A stretch of 64,000 nt of DNA. It comes from the human T2T-CHM13v2.0 reference genome, Homo sapiens. The notes under the pieces are model-generated. The model worked only from the letters and a program-made list of their open reading frames with translations, searched no databases and had not been told where the DNA came from. The translations under genes and the position numbers were made by a program. Below are positions 22,042 through 34,244 of this stretch, one piece after another. The DNA lies in NCBI RefSeq assembly GCF_009914755.1, contig NC_060931.1; one strand, 5' to 3'. How positions within the stretch are numbered: position 1 is the stretch's first letter; each line of letters begins with the position of its first letter.

Positions 22042-24689
22042 TATTTTTAATTTTTTTCACATGTAAGCCTTCCTGCACCACATTTCTTCCATGTCTTAGT
22101 ATCACTCTCAACTCTGGGGTTTTTAGAAATTCAGCGTGCTGTACTCTGTCCTCGTCAGTACCCTCACGGCGCTCATGTGTGGCAGGCTCATGTGTCCCTC
22201 CAGCAGATCATCATTGGTCAGGCGGACACCAGCACTCCCCTTGTGCCTTCTTTGCCCATCTATTTCTCCAAGGAATCCTGCTGCCTTTCAGTGGAGGATT
22301 GTTCATGAACAAAATCCAGGCACTAGTTGAACCCCTTCATGTGTGGGATGGTTCATCCCATTTCCCAAGCCCCTGACATGTCATGTGAACTCAAAGATGT
22401 ATTGAGTTATTGAGTGAACACAGAGAGGCAATGATGGAGACAGCAAAGCTGAAGATGATGCAAAGACCTAGCATCTCAAACCGTCCTTGCACTCCTGGTC
22501 CCTGGTCCCTGACACCAGTGTCTTCTGAGATGGCCCCTGGTGCCCCAGACTCCCCACTTCACTGGTTGGGCCCTGCCTTCAAGACAGCTCTGGGTGCTCT
22601 GTTTTAGGGGGACCCTTCTTGTCCTTCTGCACATGGCTCTGGGGAACTCTTTTTGGGGGCCTTCCTCTCTTCCTGTACACATCAGCAGTGAGCAGGCTCT
22701 TTCTTCTGGGAGGCCCCTGTGCACCTCAAGGGCAGCAGCTTGGCCAGGACAGCCTGGTCCCTCTGTGTGCAACACCTAGGAAGGCCTGGCACTTATGGGT
22801 TAAAGGTCAGTCCTGCCTTCCTCCTCCATTCACTGACAGAGCATGATGATGGAGGTCTCTGTGGGCACTGAAGCCGTAGGGAAGTGACCTTACCAGGTCA
22901 CATAACCAGTGAGCGTGGCTCTCATGGATGTGGGCTCCTCATGAGTGTGGGCTCCCGGAGAATCTAGGCTTGCTGTGAGTGTGGCTTGCTTGGGCCGGCC
23001 CTGTTGTTCTCCCTTGCAAGCTCTGAGGAGGCAGGGATGGAGGAAGCTGAGCAATATCTCCAGGTCCCACCTTCATCTCAGCCAGCCTGATGGTATGGGT
23101 CGTCTCCTTGACCTTATGTGCTGGGTCAGTGAGCCAAATGGGGCTGACCTCAGGTCAGGCCTGGGCCTGGGGCCCCTGGGCTCCTGCAGAAACCTAGGCA
23201 GGTGAGGTAGTGGACCCCTCCCTCTGGCTTGACCAGGGCCCAGCCTGCCTCCTATGTCCTGCCGGAGCACACACAGAGAGGACCCCCATTCAAAATGTCT
23301 CTGCTTTATCATGGACTCTCCCAAGGCTGTGGCTTCGTGTTTTCGAGGCTCTCATCTGGACTTGATCCAATTCGAGCCACTCCTCAAATGCAGCCACAGA
23401 ACACGGGGAGGCTGGTGATTTTTTTGAGTACAGCTCCTTTCTTCTTGCTGCTTAAGCTCAATCATTTGATTTTCTTCTTTCTGCTGAGACCCTTGGCCCC
23501 TGGTGAGCTAACTGGATTCCTCTCGACCCCCAAGCCAGGAGCACAGCCAGGGTGTAGAAAGTGTTTGGAGAAAGAAAATCCCACTAGAGGCGTTTTAGAC
23601 AAATTTTTTCAAACATGTGAAAAAGCAGCCTAGAGTTGAGGAGAATAAAAACCCCTTCTTTCAAGTTGCCTTGTATACCGTGTTCAGCTTTTTTGTTGCT
23701 AAAAGATAATTTTCAAAAAAGGGAAAAATCATGACTCTTCTATACAATAGATACAAAGTGAACAAGGGACAAGAGATTTAATTTAACTCTAGAGGGATCA
23801 GGCTCAAACCAAAGAGCAGACACAGGTACAGGTTAGGACGATGAAACTGCTATACGAATGGAGACAGAACTGTTTCCTCTGTGTGAGAGTAAGTGTGCAT
23901 CCTGTGTGCGACAGAGGGGCTGGAGCTTGGTGCCGACAGGCACTGGCCATTAGCGATCCTCCCAGCCGCTCAACAGGCCTGTGTCACTGCACAAGTCAAG
24001 TGCAGTTCCCTGGGGCCGCAGGGATCTGGCCAGGTGTGAGTTCCCACACAGCCATCTTCTTGGGTGCCTGATGGCCAACACTGTGGACCCTGAAATGACC
24101 AGCAGAGCTGCATGTCCTGTTGTGTGAGGCAGCCGTGTGTGGACACAGAGCTCAGTGTCTCTGTGGGGTGGTGACTGTCTTCCAGGGACATAATATTCTA
24201 AACACCCCTGACCTAGAGCAGCATCCACACTCACCCCACCCCTTCCTCTCACTTCCTTTGCACTTCCTGTAACCACATCTTTGCCCTTGCCATGCCACCG
24301 AAACTGGCCCAGGCCTAGGCAACCTCTGAGCTACCAGACCCCCACAGGCTCAGCTCCTGATCTTGTCCCCATGAGCAGGGCTAGCAACACCTCTGAAGGG
24401 GGTCAGCCCCGGGAGATCTGGCCAGTGTCTCCAGAACCTAGTGGAGAGGCCTTTCCTGGCCCAGAGATGCCACCATGGCTGTGTATTCTCACCAGAGGTC
24501 AGCCGCCTGTTGAGTGCACCTGGCTGGACTCCCCCACCCACCTGGACATGCTTATCGCCACGGGGTTTCCCTGTTCCCGGCCAGCTGCCTTGTCTGCCTG
24601 GAGCACCCAGGGATGAGGCCTGCGTTTGCTTCGTTCCTCCCTCAGGAGCCCGGGACAGATACACAGAAAGACAAACACATGAAGCTGAG

Positions 24690-24829
24690 TGGATTTTTAA
24701 ATTAGCAGCCGTAGAAGGCATCATGCACTCTCTGGATCCAAGAGAGATGGTTTCTGTCGAGCAGACTTGGGTGGGTCACTCCTGGCAGCAGGGGCTCCCA
24801 GGGGAAGGTCTCTCACTGAGAGGTGTTCT
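24690..24829 (-). pseudogene. WAP: WAP pseudogene exon 4 (ENTSQ*, 3' UTR, degenerate polyA signal)
   Basis: tgcag|AG AAC ACC TCT CAG TGA (stop 24815-24813); GCTGCTAATTTAAAAATCC at the expected AATAAA position, followed by a GU-rich tract. Confidence 0.85.
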
Positions 24830-25456
24830 CTGCAGGGGGGCACGGGGAACTCAGATGCAGTACAGAGCCCGGCCAGGGGGGTGGTGGGGAGGAGGGAGGT
24901 CATCCGCTGTCCATTGTTCATGTGCTAATGTGTTCACGCCCACAGGCCCGGGGACCTGCGCTGCTGGCCCCTTTGCTGTTGTGCAGGGGAGCAAGCAGAG
25001 CCCTGCACCCCACTGGCTTTCCCCCAGCCCTCACCTCGCCTGCAGACAGGTGGATGAGGCCACCCTCATATGCCAGAAAGGGAGTCCAGGTCATAGGTGG
25101 GCTTGGACGGTTAGCCCAGAACCCATGTTTGGAACCCCTGACCTAGAGCTCTCCCAATATTTGGGAGGTAAGCTGCTCTCTGCAGTGAAGTGGGAGAGGC
25201 ACAGGCTTTGCACACAGGTCGAGCAGCACTGGGCCTGCCAGTCATTTGCCTCCCTGGGCCACTTTCACTCACTGACACTCACTCCCAGCCTGAGTGGCTT
25301 CCTTGAGTGCCTGGGGGCCTGCAGCTGGCATAGTCTGGGTTGGTGTGCCGAGCCCTATCTGCCCCCAGGGCCTGCTCATGGACTGCACCCACTTTCAAGG
25401 CCCCACTGAAGGCCCAAGCTGGCCAGGGGAAGCTCAGGGAGAAAGGGAACTCATAC

Positions 25457-25615
25457 CTAGGACAGGGGCCAGACACTTCATGGCACAGCGGCTGAAGCGG
25501 CACTTCTTTTCTCCCTAACACCCGCCGTCCATGGAGCACTCACTCTGCTCCTCGCAGAGCTCTGGGCTCACTGCAGGCTGCACCCAGGGGCAGCTGCCAA
25601 TCTTTGGGGCTGATA
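25457..25615 (-). pseudogene. WAP: WAP pseudogene exon 3 (second WFDC domain)
   Basis: cctag|TA ... CTAG|gtatga; 159 nt, phase 1-1; in-frame TAG 25517-25515; CC>CR at 25499-25497. Confidence 0.92.
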
Positions 25616-25736
25616 CTAGGGGAGAGATGGGCCAGCCCTTCATCACCCAAAGCCCTTTTATGCTTCCCAGCCTTGCTGGGCCCACCTCCCAGGGCTCCCC
25701 ATGCCAAAAATACCCATTTTATAAATGAGGAAGTTG

Positions 25737-26115
<379 letters not shown>

Positions 26116-26376
26116 TCATGGCAGGAACCTCCACACCATCCTTGGAGGCTGGACCACAGGACAGAGGTGGATGAGGGTGGGTCAGCCTCAGGCAGGTTCC
26201 GGCAAATGAAGGGGGCTCACATGTAGGGCCGAGTGTGTGGGGCAGTTGTGTGGGCACTAAGAGGGTGGTCCCAAGTGTCCAGCTCAGGAAGATCCTTGAG
26301 AAAGCTGGTTCCTCCCTCCCCCAACAGATGGGAGCCAGGCTGTCACCATGGGGCACAGGGCCAGGTGGAGTATTAC

Positions 26377-26513
26377 CAATGGTGGGGTTTTGCAGGAGCG
26401 GCTGCAGGAGCTGGGGCAGCACTTGCTGTTGCCAAGACAGTCATTGTAGGTGAGGCAGGTTTTGACGCAGGGCACCTCCTCGGAGGAGCTGGCCTCGGGG
26501 CACACGGCCTGCT
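26377..26513 (-). pseudogene. WAP: WAP pseudogene exon 2 (first WFDC domain, 8 Cys)
   Basis: tgcag|AG ... ATTG|gtaata; 137 nt, one short of a symmetric phase 1-1 exon. Confidence 0.92.
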
Positions 26514-27062
26514 CTGCACACAGGATGGGCAGGTGAGTGGGGGTCCAGGCCCCATCCCCAGGCTCCTCAAGGGAAAGCAAGGTAGGGGCAATGAGGAACG
26601 CAGCCGTTAACAGCTTAACATGCTGTTTCTTAGAAGGCCAAAAAAATCTACCAGGAATGTGACAGCCTTGACAAAAGCATGGGAAGTCAGCTGAGAAAAT
26701 TAGGAAGCAAGACCACAGGCCCACTGCAGGTGGTGGGACGTTAAGACCCTGACCAGACTGGCTAGGGCCTGAGGATAGCCCCCATTCTCCGCTGCCACTT
26801 CCCCATCTCCCAGCTGCACTGCTCGCTCTCAGGCCCAGACGCTTCTCAGGCCCAGTGGGACAGCTGCCTCCACGTGGAAATACAGCCCTGCTTTTCTGCC
26901 ATCCCTGGACTCCCCACCACCCACCCCCAGGAGTGAGTCTCCTCTGTTTCTCTCTTCCCCATTCCTGTCGCCAAACCACCAGGACCTGTGGTGCCTTGGG
27001 TTCCACCAGAAGCAGAGATCAGGCAGGAGGACTCTCCTGGGAGTGTCCCCTAGAGAGGTTAC

Positions 27063-27144
27063 CTGGCGAAATGAATGCTGGGGCCACAGCAAGGGTCACT
27101 TTCAGGGCAAGCAGGGCCAGGGCCAGGCTGAAGAGACAGTGTAT
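27063..27144 (-). pseudogene. WAP: WAP pseudogene exon 1 coding part (signal peptide; start codon mutated to ATA)
   Basis: CCGCCACC-ATA-CAC; hydrophobic LFSLALALLAL; donor CCAG|gtaacc. Confidence 0.92.
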
Positions 27145-27195
27145 GGTGGCGGGTGGCAGGCAGGCGGCAGGTGGTGGCCTGAGGACATGGGTTAC

Positions 27196-27202
27196 ATTTA
27201 AA
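27196..27202 (-). promoter_or_regulatory. TTTAAAT TATA-box variant of the WAP promoter
   Basis: 52 nt upstream of the former start codon; TTTAAAT is the variant TATA typical of WAP/casein promoters. Confidence 0.8.
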
Positions 27203-27274
27203 GGACCTGGGTGGGAGGAGGGCCTCGGGGCGGGGGGCAGGGGGCAGGCTGGCATGGCCCCAACTGGACTGAGG

Positions 27275-27282
27275 CACTTCCT
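27275..27282 (-). promoter_or_regulatory. Ets (ELF5-type) motif AGGAAGTG at about -110
   Basis: Motif seen; position matches the proximal Ets element recalled for rodent Wap. Confidence 0.55.
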
Positions 27283-27790
27283 CCTTGAATGCCTCGAGAG
27301 GCCAGGCCCAGTGCTGGGGAAATGGCTGAGAGGTCTGGGGCGGCTGCTATAATCAGGGTCATGTTTCAAAAAAAAAAGTCCTTAGTTAGGTTGACCAGTT
27401 TTTCCCCATTTTGAAAGTAATGCGTGTTTATTATGAGAATTGATAAAATTAAGGACAGGGGAAGGAAGAAATAGGACCTATCCCAAACACTGCTATAGCA
27501 GTTATTTTAAAATGGTTGCATAGGGGCCCCCGGGGACAAAAGAAATGATGTGTCCCAAAGTTGTACGTTACCTAGGAAACAAAATAGGAGAGAGATAGCA
27601 GGCGCAGGGGCTCTCTCAGACGGTGTTTTGCTTCTTTTTTTTTTTGTAGTTTTTGGGCTTTTGACAAGAAGGAGATGCCTTCTGCTTATGAGCTGCAAGC
27701 TCCTTGTGGAGAATGCCAGGCACTGGATGAGGAACGAGTCAGGCTCTATGTTAGGGGCTGTCTGTGCAGGGCAAACACCAGGAAGGCCTC

Positions 27791-27854
27791 TTCCCAGAAG
27801 GGACCCTTCTGTGCCAAGTGAGCGGGTGCCACGGAGCAGGGGCGGGTGCTGCCA
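27791..27854. promoter_or_regulatory. STAT5 GAS + NFI half-site cluster at about -0.6 kb
   Basis: TTCCCAGAA 27791-27799; TGCCAA 27812-27817; TGCCA at 27827 and 27850. Confidence 0.6.
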
Positions 27855-29389
27855 GTGCGCTATGCCTCCTCTGCTCTGGGGCATTTTCTTGATCCTCTTG
27901 CCTGGAGGGCTTGGACAGGGAAGGGGCCCTGGGGATTGTGGAACCTGGACATCTGCCTTGAAGACCCCGTGGTGACCATGTGCTGGCTGACAGCTGGTGC
28001 TTAGTCCCAGGTCCAGGCTGCACTCCTGTCCAGCTGGGGACCCTCATTGCAGGCCTATGGCCTCTGGGCTTTGGACACAGAGTCCCTTAAAACTTCCCCT
28101 GGGACCCTCTGCTACTGAACATCGGGATGTTCCAGCCCAGAATGTCCTGCTACTTTGGCGGAGCTGTAATGTGCCTCCTGTACGTGCCCATGGCATGACA
28201 TGGCTCCATCACGGCCCTTATAGTCCCTCTGCAAAGCAGTGGGCCTCAACCCAGGCCCTTCCTGGGGTAGCCAGCATGGACACTCTGGCCATGGTGACTT
28301 GCCACCTCTTGTGCCTCTCCATGGCTTGAAGTTTACCCAATGCTTCACGTAGGCTGTTCCACCTTCCCGGGAAGGGAGCTACACACACACCAGAGACCTG
28401 GTGGAGTCCAGGGCTTGGGGAAGTGAAGGTGGCAAGGCCGTGATTGTTTACTGGCAGGCCTTGGTGGCCCCTCTTCTGTCTCTGTCCGTTCCTACCTACA
28501 TCATGAGTGGATTTGGCTAGAAGATCTGAGTCCTTCTGTCGCCGATGCTGGGTCTGAGGTGAGAGCTGACCCATCCATCCCAAGAACTCAGATCCCTGGC
28601 CACAGACTCACACTGTGAGCGCCCTCCCCCTGCCCCCCACCCCACACCTAGTCCCTTCTTCCTTGACAGCACAGAGGGGCACTTCCTTCACCAGCATTTC
28701 CCATCTCCACAGGGTGCCCCCAGAGCTAGCTATGCCATTTTCAGGGCACCTTGTTCAACAAATGGAAAAAAAGTACTGGTAAAGGTACTAGAATAAAAAA
28801 GTATTTTTCTCTTCCACAGTCTCTCTGTACTTGTCATGATGCTTTTCACAATGTGTCAATTTAAGTAAATGAAAATAAAAATTTCTTATTATGAACATGA
28901 GTATCAGCAGTCATTTTTATGTTGTACAATGCCAATTCAAAGGCAAACACAAGAGCATTGAGCTCTTAGGCAGAATCACCCAATCACACAATTCTTACCT
29001 TGTAGCTCACATGGGCACACATATACAACAGTGCAAACGCTGCACAAAACTAACTCAACTGGTTTTGTTCCACTTATTTTTTTCTCATTTCTTTTTATTT
29101 AATATTTTTGGATCCATCTCTTGTTCTGAGGAAACAGCTTCCTCTTAAGCAGTTTTACTCTTCTGACACAAGGAACTGGTTGACTGAATGTGTCAGATTA
29201 AACTTTCCCTCCATTACATCAAACCTGCTGTAACCAATGTTGTGGCCAGACACTCTTAGCACCCTAGGTCTGCTTTGCCTCTTATGGCCATTCATATCTA
29301 TATGAACTTGTATATTAATAAGGATAAAAAGTTGCATTCTTTATTTTTATCTTATTTTAATAAGATAAAAATATTTAATTTAATTTAAT

Positions 29390-30170
<781 letters not shown>

Positions 30171-31146
30171 ATTTCACCTGTTGACATGTACATGCCCTGC
30201 CAAGGCTCTCCTTCTCTGGCTACCGGACAAGCAAGGAAGGCACTTGGCTACTGTCTTCCCCTTTCCTGCTGTGCTGTCCTTTTCAGAGTAACTGGCTGGC
30301 TCCTACGGGAATAAGGCAGGCAGGAAAGGGCCGGCAGGGCTCCTGGGCTGCTCGTGTTTCTCAGAGACCCGTCGCATCCTTCTGTGGCTCCAGCCTGTCG
30401 GGAAGCCAGGGCCCCACTCCGTCTGTGCCTTTCTGGGACCTGTGCACATGGGATGGCCAGGCCTGCTGCACATGTGGGTCACATGTGTGTTTGTTCCATT
30501 GTCCCACCAGACTTCACTTACTAGCACATATGTTGACAGGTGAAATTAAGGATTTCAAGGCATAAGAGCAGAATGTTGAACCAAGCTTAGGGACACATGG
30601 TTGTGTGGGCTGCTGGCATGAAGTGGCACACACCTGGAGCCCCTGATTTACCCGCTGTCTTGGCTGCCCCCAGGGGTCCCAAAGACCCTCTGTCCCTGGC
30701 CCCTACTCCCCAGCTCTGCTCTAACTCTGACGTCTCAAGTCCCACAGAGGCTAGGCCCTGCCACAGCCTGACCCCCTTCCAGCCGGCTCAGCCCCTCCTG
30801 ATCCACACCTCTGCCCTCACACCTCTCGGGGCTCCAGGCTCCCGCTTTCCCCTTTTCTCCCCAGCCACCCTCTGCCTGGCCAGTGGACGTCTTCCGATGA
30901 GTTCACTCTGTGGAGCCCCAAAGCTGTTGCGTTCAGAGTCTGCCTGGGCCCCGGGGCACGACTCCCATCACACACCCACCAACCCCTCCCTGCTTCCCCC
31001 AGGGACTCTTCCACGACCTTCGTCTGCTCTCAGGGCCCTGGAGCCCCACCTCCCACTCCCAGCAGCAAATGGCCTACTTCGACTTCAGAGAGGAGGGCGA
31101 GGCTGTCAGCAAGGCTGTGCCCACCCTCTGGAAGACTTAGTCTTCT

Positions 31147-31188
31147 TCATCCCTAAGTCTTCTTAGACTTAAGAAGACTTAGGGATGA
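31147..31188. repeat. Perfect 19-bp inverted repeat, 4-nt loop
   Basis: TCATCCCTAAGTCTTCTTA-gact-TAAGAAGACTTAGGGATGA. Confidence 0.95.
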
Positions 31189-31603
31189 TCTTTCTCTTGC
31201 CTGTCATCTGGGTTCAGGGGATGACCTTTCTCCTGCCTGGGCCAGGCGGCCAGTTCGAGGCTGCTTCCAACACCACTAGCACCCCCAGTCATGTCAGGCC
31301 CAGTTCCATTCCCCTTTCTGCGCTCCTTTATTCCCTTCATTACTACTATTTCTGGAAGAAAAGCCACAGGCATGCAAGGATGACAACACACACGGTGCAG
31401 GGCAGGGGGCAGTGGCGTTCCCACTTGGCCCTGACCCCCGTTCTCGTTTTTGGAGGCTGATTTCCTACTCTCTTCAGAGATGATCAAGCCTGTTCAAGTA
31501 TGGATGTGCAGGTCCGTTCTCCTTAGAAATGCGACTTATGTGCACACTGTCTCCCCCTCCTTTTTTTTTTTTTTTTTTCCATTTGGGGAACATCCATTTA
31601 GCT

Positions 31604-31642
31604 CAGCCAAACTGAGCTAGTTCTGTGAGCTCAGTTTGGCTG
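31604..31642. repeat. Perfect 15-bp inverted repeat, 9-nt loop
   Basis: CAGCCAAACTGAGCT-agttctgtg-AGCTCAGTTTGGCTG. Confidence 0.95.
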
Positions 31643-32202
31643 GGTTTTAATGACACACGCCTGCTTCTGAGTGGCGGCTTAGTCCCCTCGGTATGGATGT
31701 GTCCACATAATTGCTAGTCTCCTATTGATGGACATTTAGGTTGTTTCTGATTCTTTGCTACCACAGAAGACCCCAGCTTTCGGCATGTGGGCAGGGAGCT
31801 CTGCAGGGTACCAGTGTAGAGGCGGAGATGCTGGGCCAAAGGGTCCATGTTTCGCCCACATGGGAGGCCCCGCCCAAGTGTCCTCCAAGCATCTGGCCCG
31901 ATTCCCAGTCCCTGCTGGCACACCTGGGTATGCAGGGCTGGTCCCCGACACCTCATGAGCAGACACGCTCATCCTGCCCACTGGGTAGATAGGTCGATGG
32001 GTGATGGTGGAGGCTTTTATTTTTACTTTTTATTATGATAATTTTAAACATACAGCAAAGTAAAAATAATAGTTCAATAGGTACTCACAGACCGATGGTC
32101 TAGATTAACCTTGTCAACATTTTGTCGGACTCATGTTACTATTGTTTGTGTTGTTGTTGGAATTTAAATCTGAAACATCGTGTTGTTTCAACCCCAACTA
32201 CT

Positions 32203-32497
32203 TTCTTTTTTTTTTGAGACAGAGTCTCACTGTCACCCGGTTTGGAGTGCAGTGGTGCAATCTCAGATCACTGCAACCTCTGCCTCCTGGGTTCAAGCAA
32301 TTCTCCCTGCCTCAGACTCCCGAGTAGCTGGGATTACAGGCTCCCACCACCACACCCGGCTAATTTTTGTATTTTTTAGTACAGACGGGGTTTTGCCATG
32401 TTGGCCAGGCTGGTCTTGAACTCCTGACCTCAGGTGGTCCACTCGCCTCAGCCTCCCAAAGTGCTGGGATTACAGGCATGAGCCACCACGCCTGGCC
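32203..32497 (-). mobile_element. AluSx-type
   Basis: Antisense Alu; TSD-like CCCC(A/T)ACTACTTT. Confidence 0.93.
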
Positions 32498-33297
32498 AAT
32501 CCCCTACTACTTTCATATGAAGTTGGAAATCCCAGGGCTGTTTTCCTACAGATAAAATTATTCTACGCGTAAAGTAACTGCTAGTTCCGTGAGCTCAGGT
32601 TGGCTGGGTCTTTCCTTCTCAGTGGCGTCCAGCCTCTGCAGTCCTCCTTCAAACTGCCCCTGCACCCCAGCTCCCCCAGCCTCCCTCCTGTTTCTTGTCC
32701 CTCTATAGTCCTCACTCCTCAGGGAATGTCTATGGCACTGCCACTATCCCCTTTCTCTGCTCTCCCCTCCCCTCATCCTGTGGGAAGCATCCGCCCACGC
32801 TCCCTGAGCCCCTGCCCTAGCCCCCACCCCTGCATCCCTGGCAGCAGCTCCCAGGCACAACCAGGGCCCTGCCTGGTCCGGAGCACGCCCATCTGTTCAG
32901 CCTTCAGAGGCCTTGGACCCACATCTGCCCACTGTTGCCAATGCAGAACTTGGCCTCCTCCCACATCTCCTTTCCCTGGGAATGGTTCCTCACAGCCAGA
33001 GACTTGGAGGGCCTCCCTTTTGTGTTTCTCCATCTAATCAGTTACCAAGAGGTTGGGCCACTGGTGGATGCCCCTCCAAAACCCTCTTGAGTGTGTTCCT
33101 GTCAGCTCTTCTGGGCTGCTGCCCTGGGATGGGCTGTTGTGGCATCGGCCACTGCAACAACCGCCTTAACACACTTGTCTGACTACAGACGATCTGATTT
33201 GTTCATGAGATGTCCTGTATACTGTCCTCCAGAGCACAGGACCTCTCTCATCTTGTTGAACAGCACATTTGCAGCATCTGGGGCATTAGCCTTTAAT

Positions 33298-33432
33298 GGG
33301 AAGGAAGGGAGGGAAAAAAGGAGGAAGGGAGGGAGGAAGGAGAGAGGGAGGGAGGGAGGGAAGGAGAGAGGGGAGGAGGGAGGGAGGAGGTGGGAGAGGG
33401 AGGGAAGGAGGCAGGGATGGAGGGAGGGAAGA
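33298..33432. repeat. Polypurine (GGAG/GGAA) low-complexity tract
   Basis: Directly visible. Confidence 0.9.
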
Positions 33433-34244
33433 CTATATCAGGCCTCCCCACTTTCCAGTTAGTTGTCAATGCTCTGTCCAGCATGGCCTTTCACGCCTGG
33501 GCATGATCCTATCACAACCCCATCTGAAACTCTTCGGCGCTTTCCCATTACCTGGGGGGAGAAGTCCAAATGCTGGGGTGTGGCATTCATGCCCTTCATG
33601 ACCTTGAATGAAGTGGCCTAGAGGAAGCGTTTGAGTGCATGCCTGTGTGAATCTAGTCTTGGCTGTGCTAGTTGTGTGACCTTGAGCAGCTTACTCCTTC
33701 CTCATTTGTAAAATGGGGTAATAATGAGACCTATTCCAACTACCAGAGGGAGCTGGGGCCCGGGGGGCCAGGAGGGAACACATGTTCTGTGTGGCTGGTG
33801 TGGGGCAGTGGGGAGGAGTGAGAGGTGTTGGCAGGACAAGGAGTTCGGGTTAGGTGCACAGCTGCCCTTAGAGCCCTCAGGGCCAAATGGAGAAGCCAGA
33901 GGGTTCCAGGAATGCCATTCCTCCAGGCTCACCAGCCCCAGAGGCAAGGAATGTAGGGTTCTTCTTGCGCCCAGGGGAAGGTTGTTGGCCCCTGGCTTGC
34001 CTGGCTCCAGCCTATCATCTTCTAAGATGCACAGGCTCTTTCACTCCCCAGCAGCTCCTGTGTGCCCAGGATTGATGGGGAAATGAGGCCCCGGGTTGTG
34101 GTCATCTGGAGCACACTGTCCCCACTCCTGGTCCTATGGGGTCAGCTGGGTCAGGATTTTCTCCAAAACTCTGAGTAAAGACAGGGATGGAGGAGGCCAT
34201 GCTATTCCACAGGTGTGTCCTGGTCTTGTGGTGACTGCCACAGG

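Noticed and set aside
23581-23593. CCACTAGAGGCG as a CTCF site (similarly 52332-52345 and 59751-59766)
   Set aside because: Spacing is one base off the CTCF core consensus.
24441-25409. 322-aa plus-strand ORF
   Set aside because: Antisense to WAP intron 3/exon 4; GTG start; no homology features.
26284-27006. 240-aa ORF containing a WFDC motif as a stand-alone gene
   Set aside because: Only 26377-26513 is exon-like and bounded by AG/GT; the rest is open intron.
27186-27188. ATG just downstream of the WAP TATA box as a rescue start
   Set aside because: Out of frame (44 nt from the ATA) and upstream of the expected transcription start.
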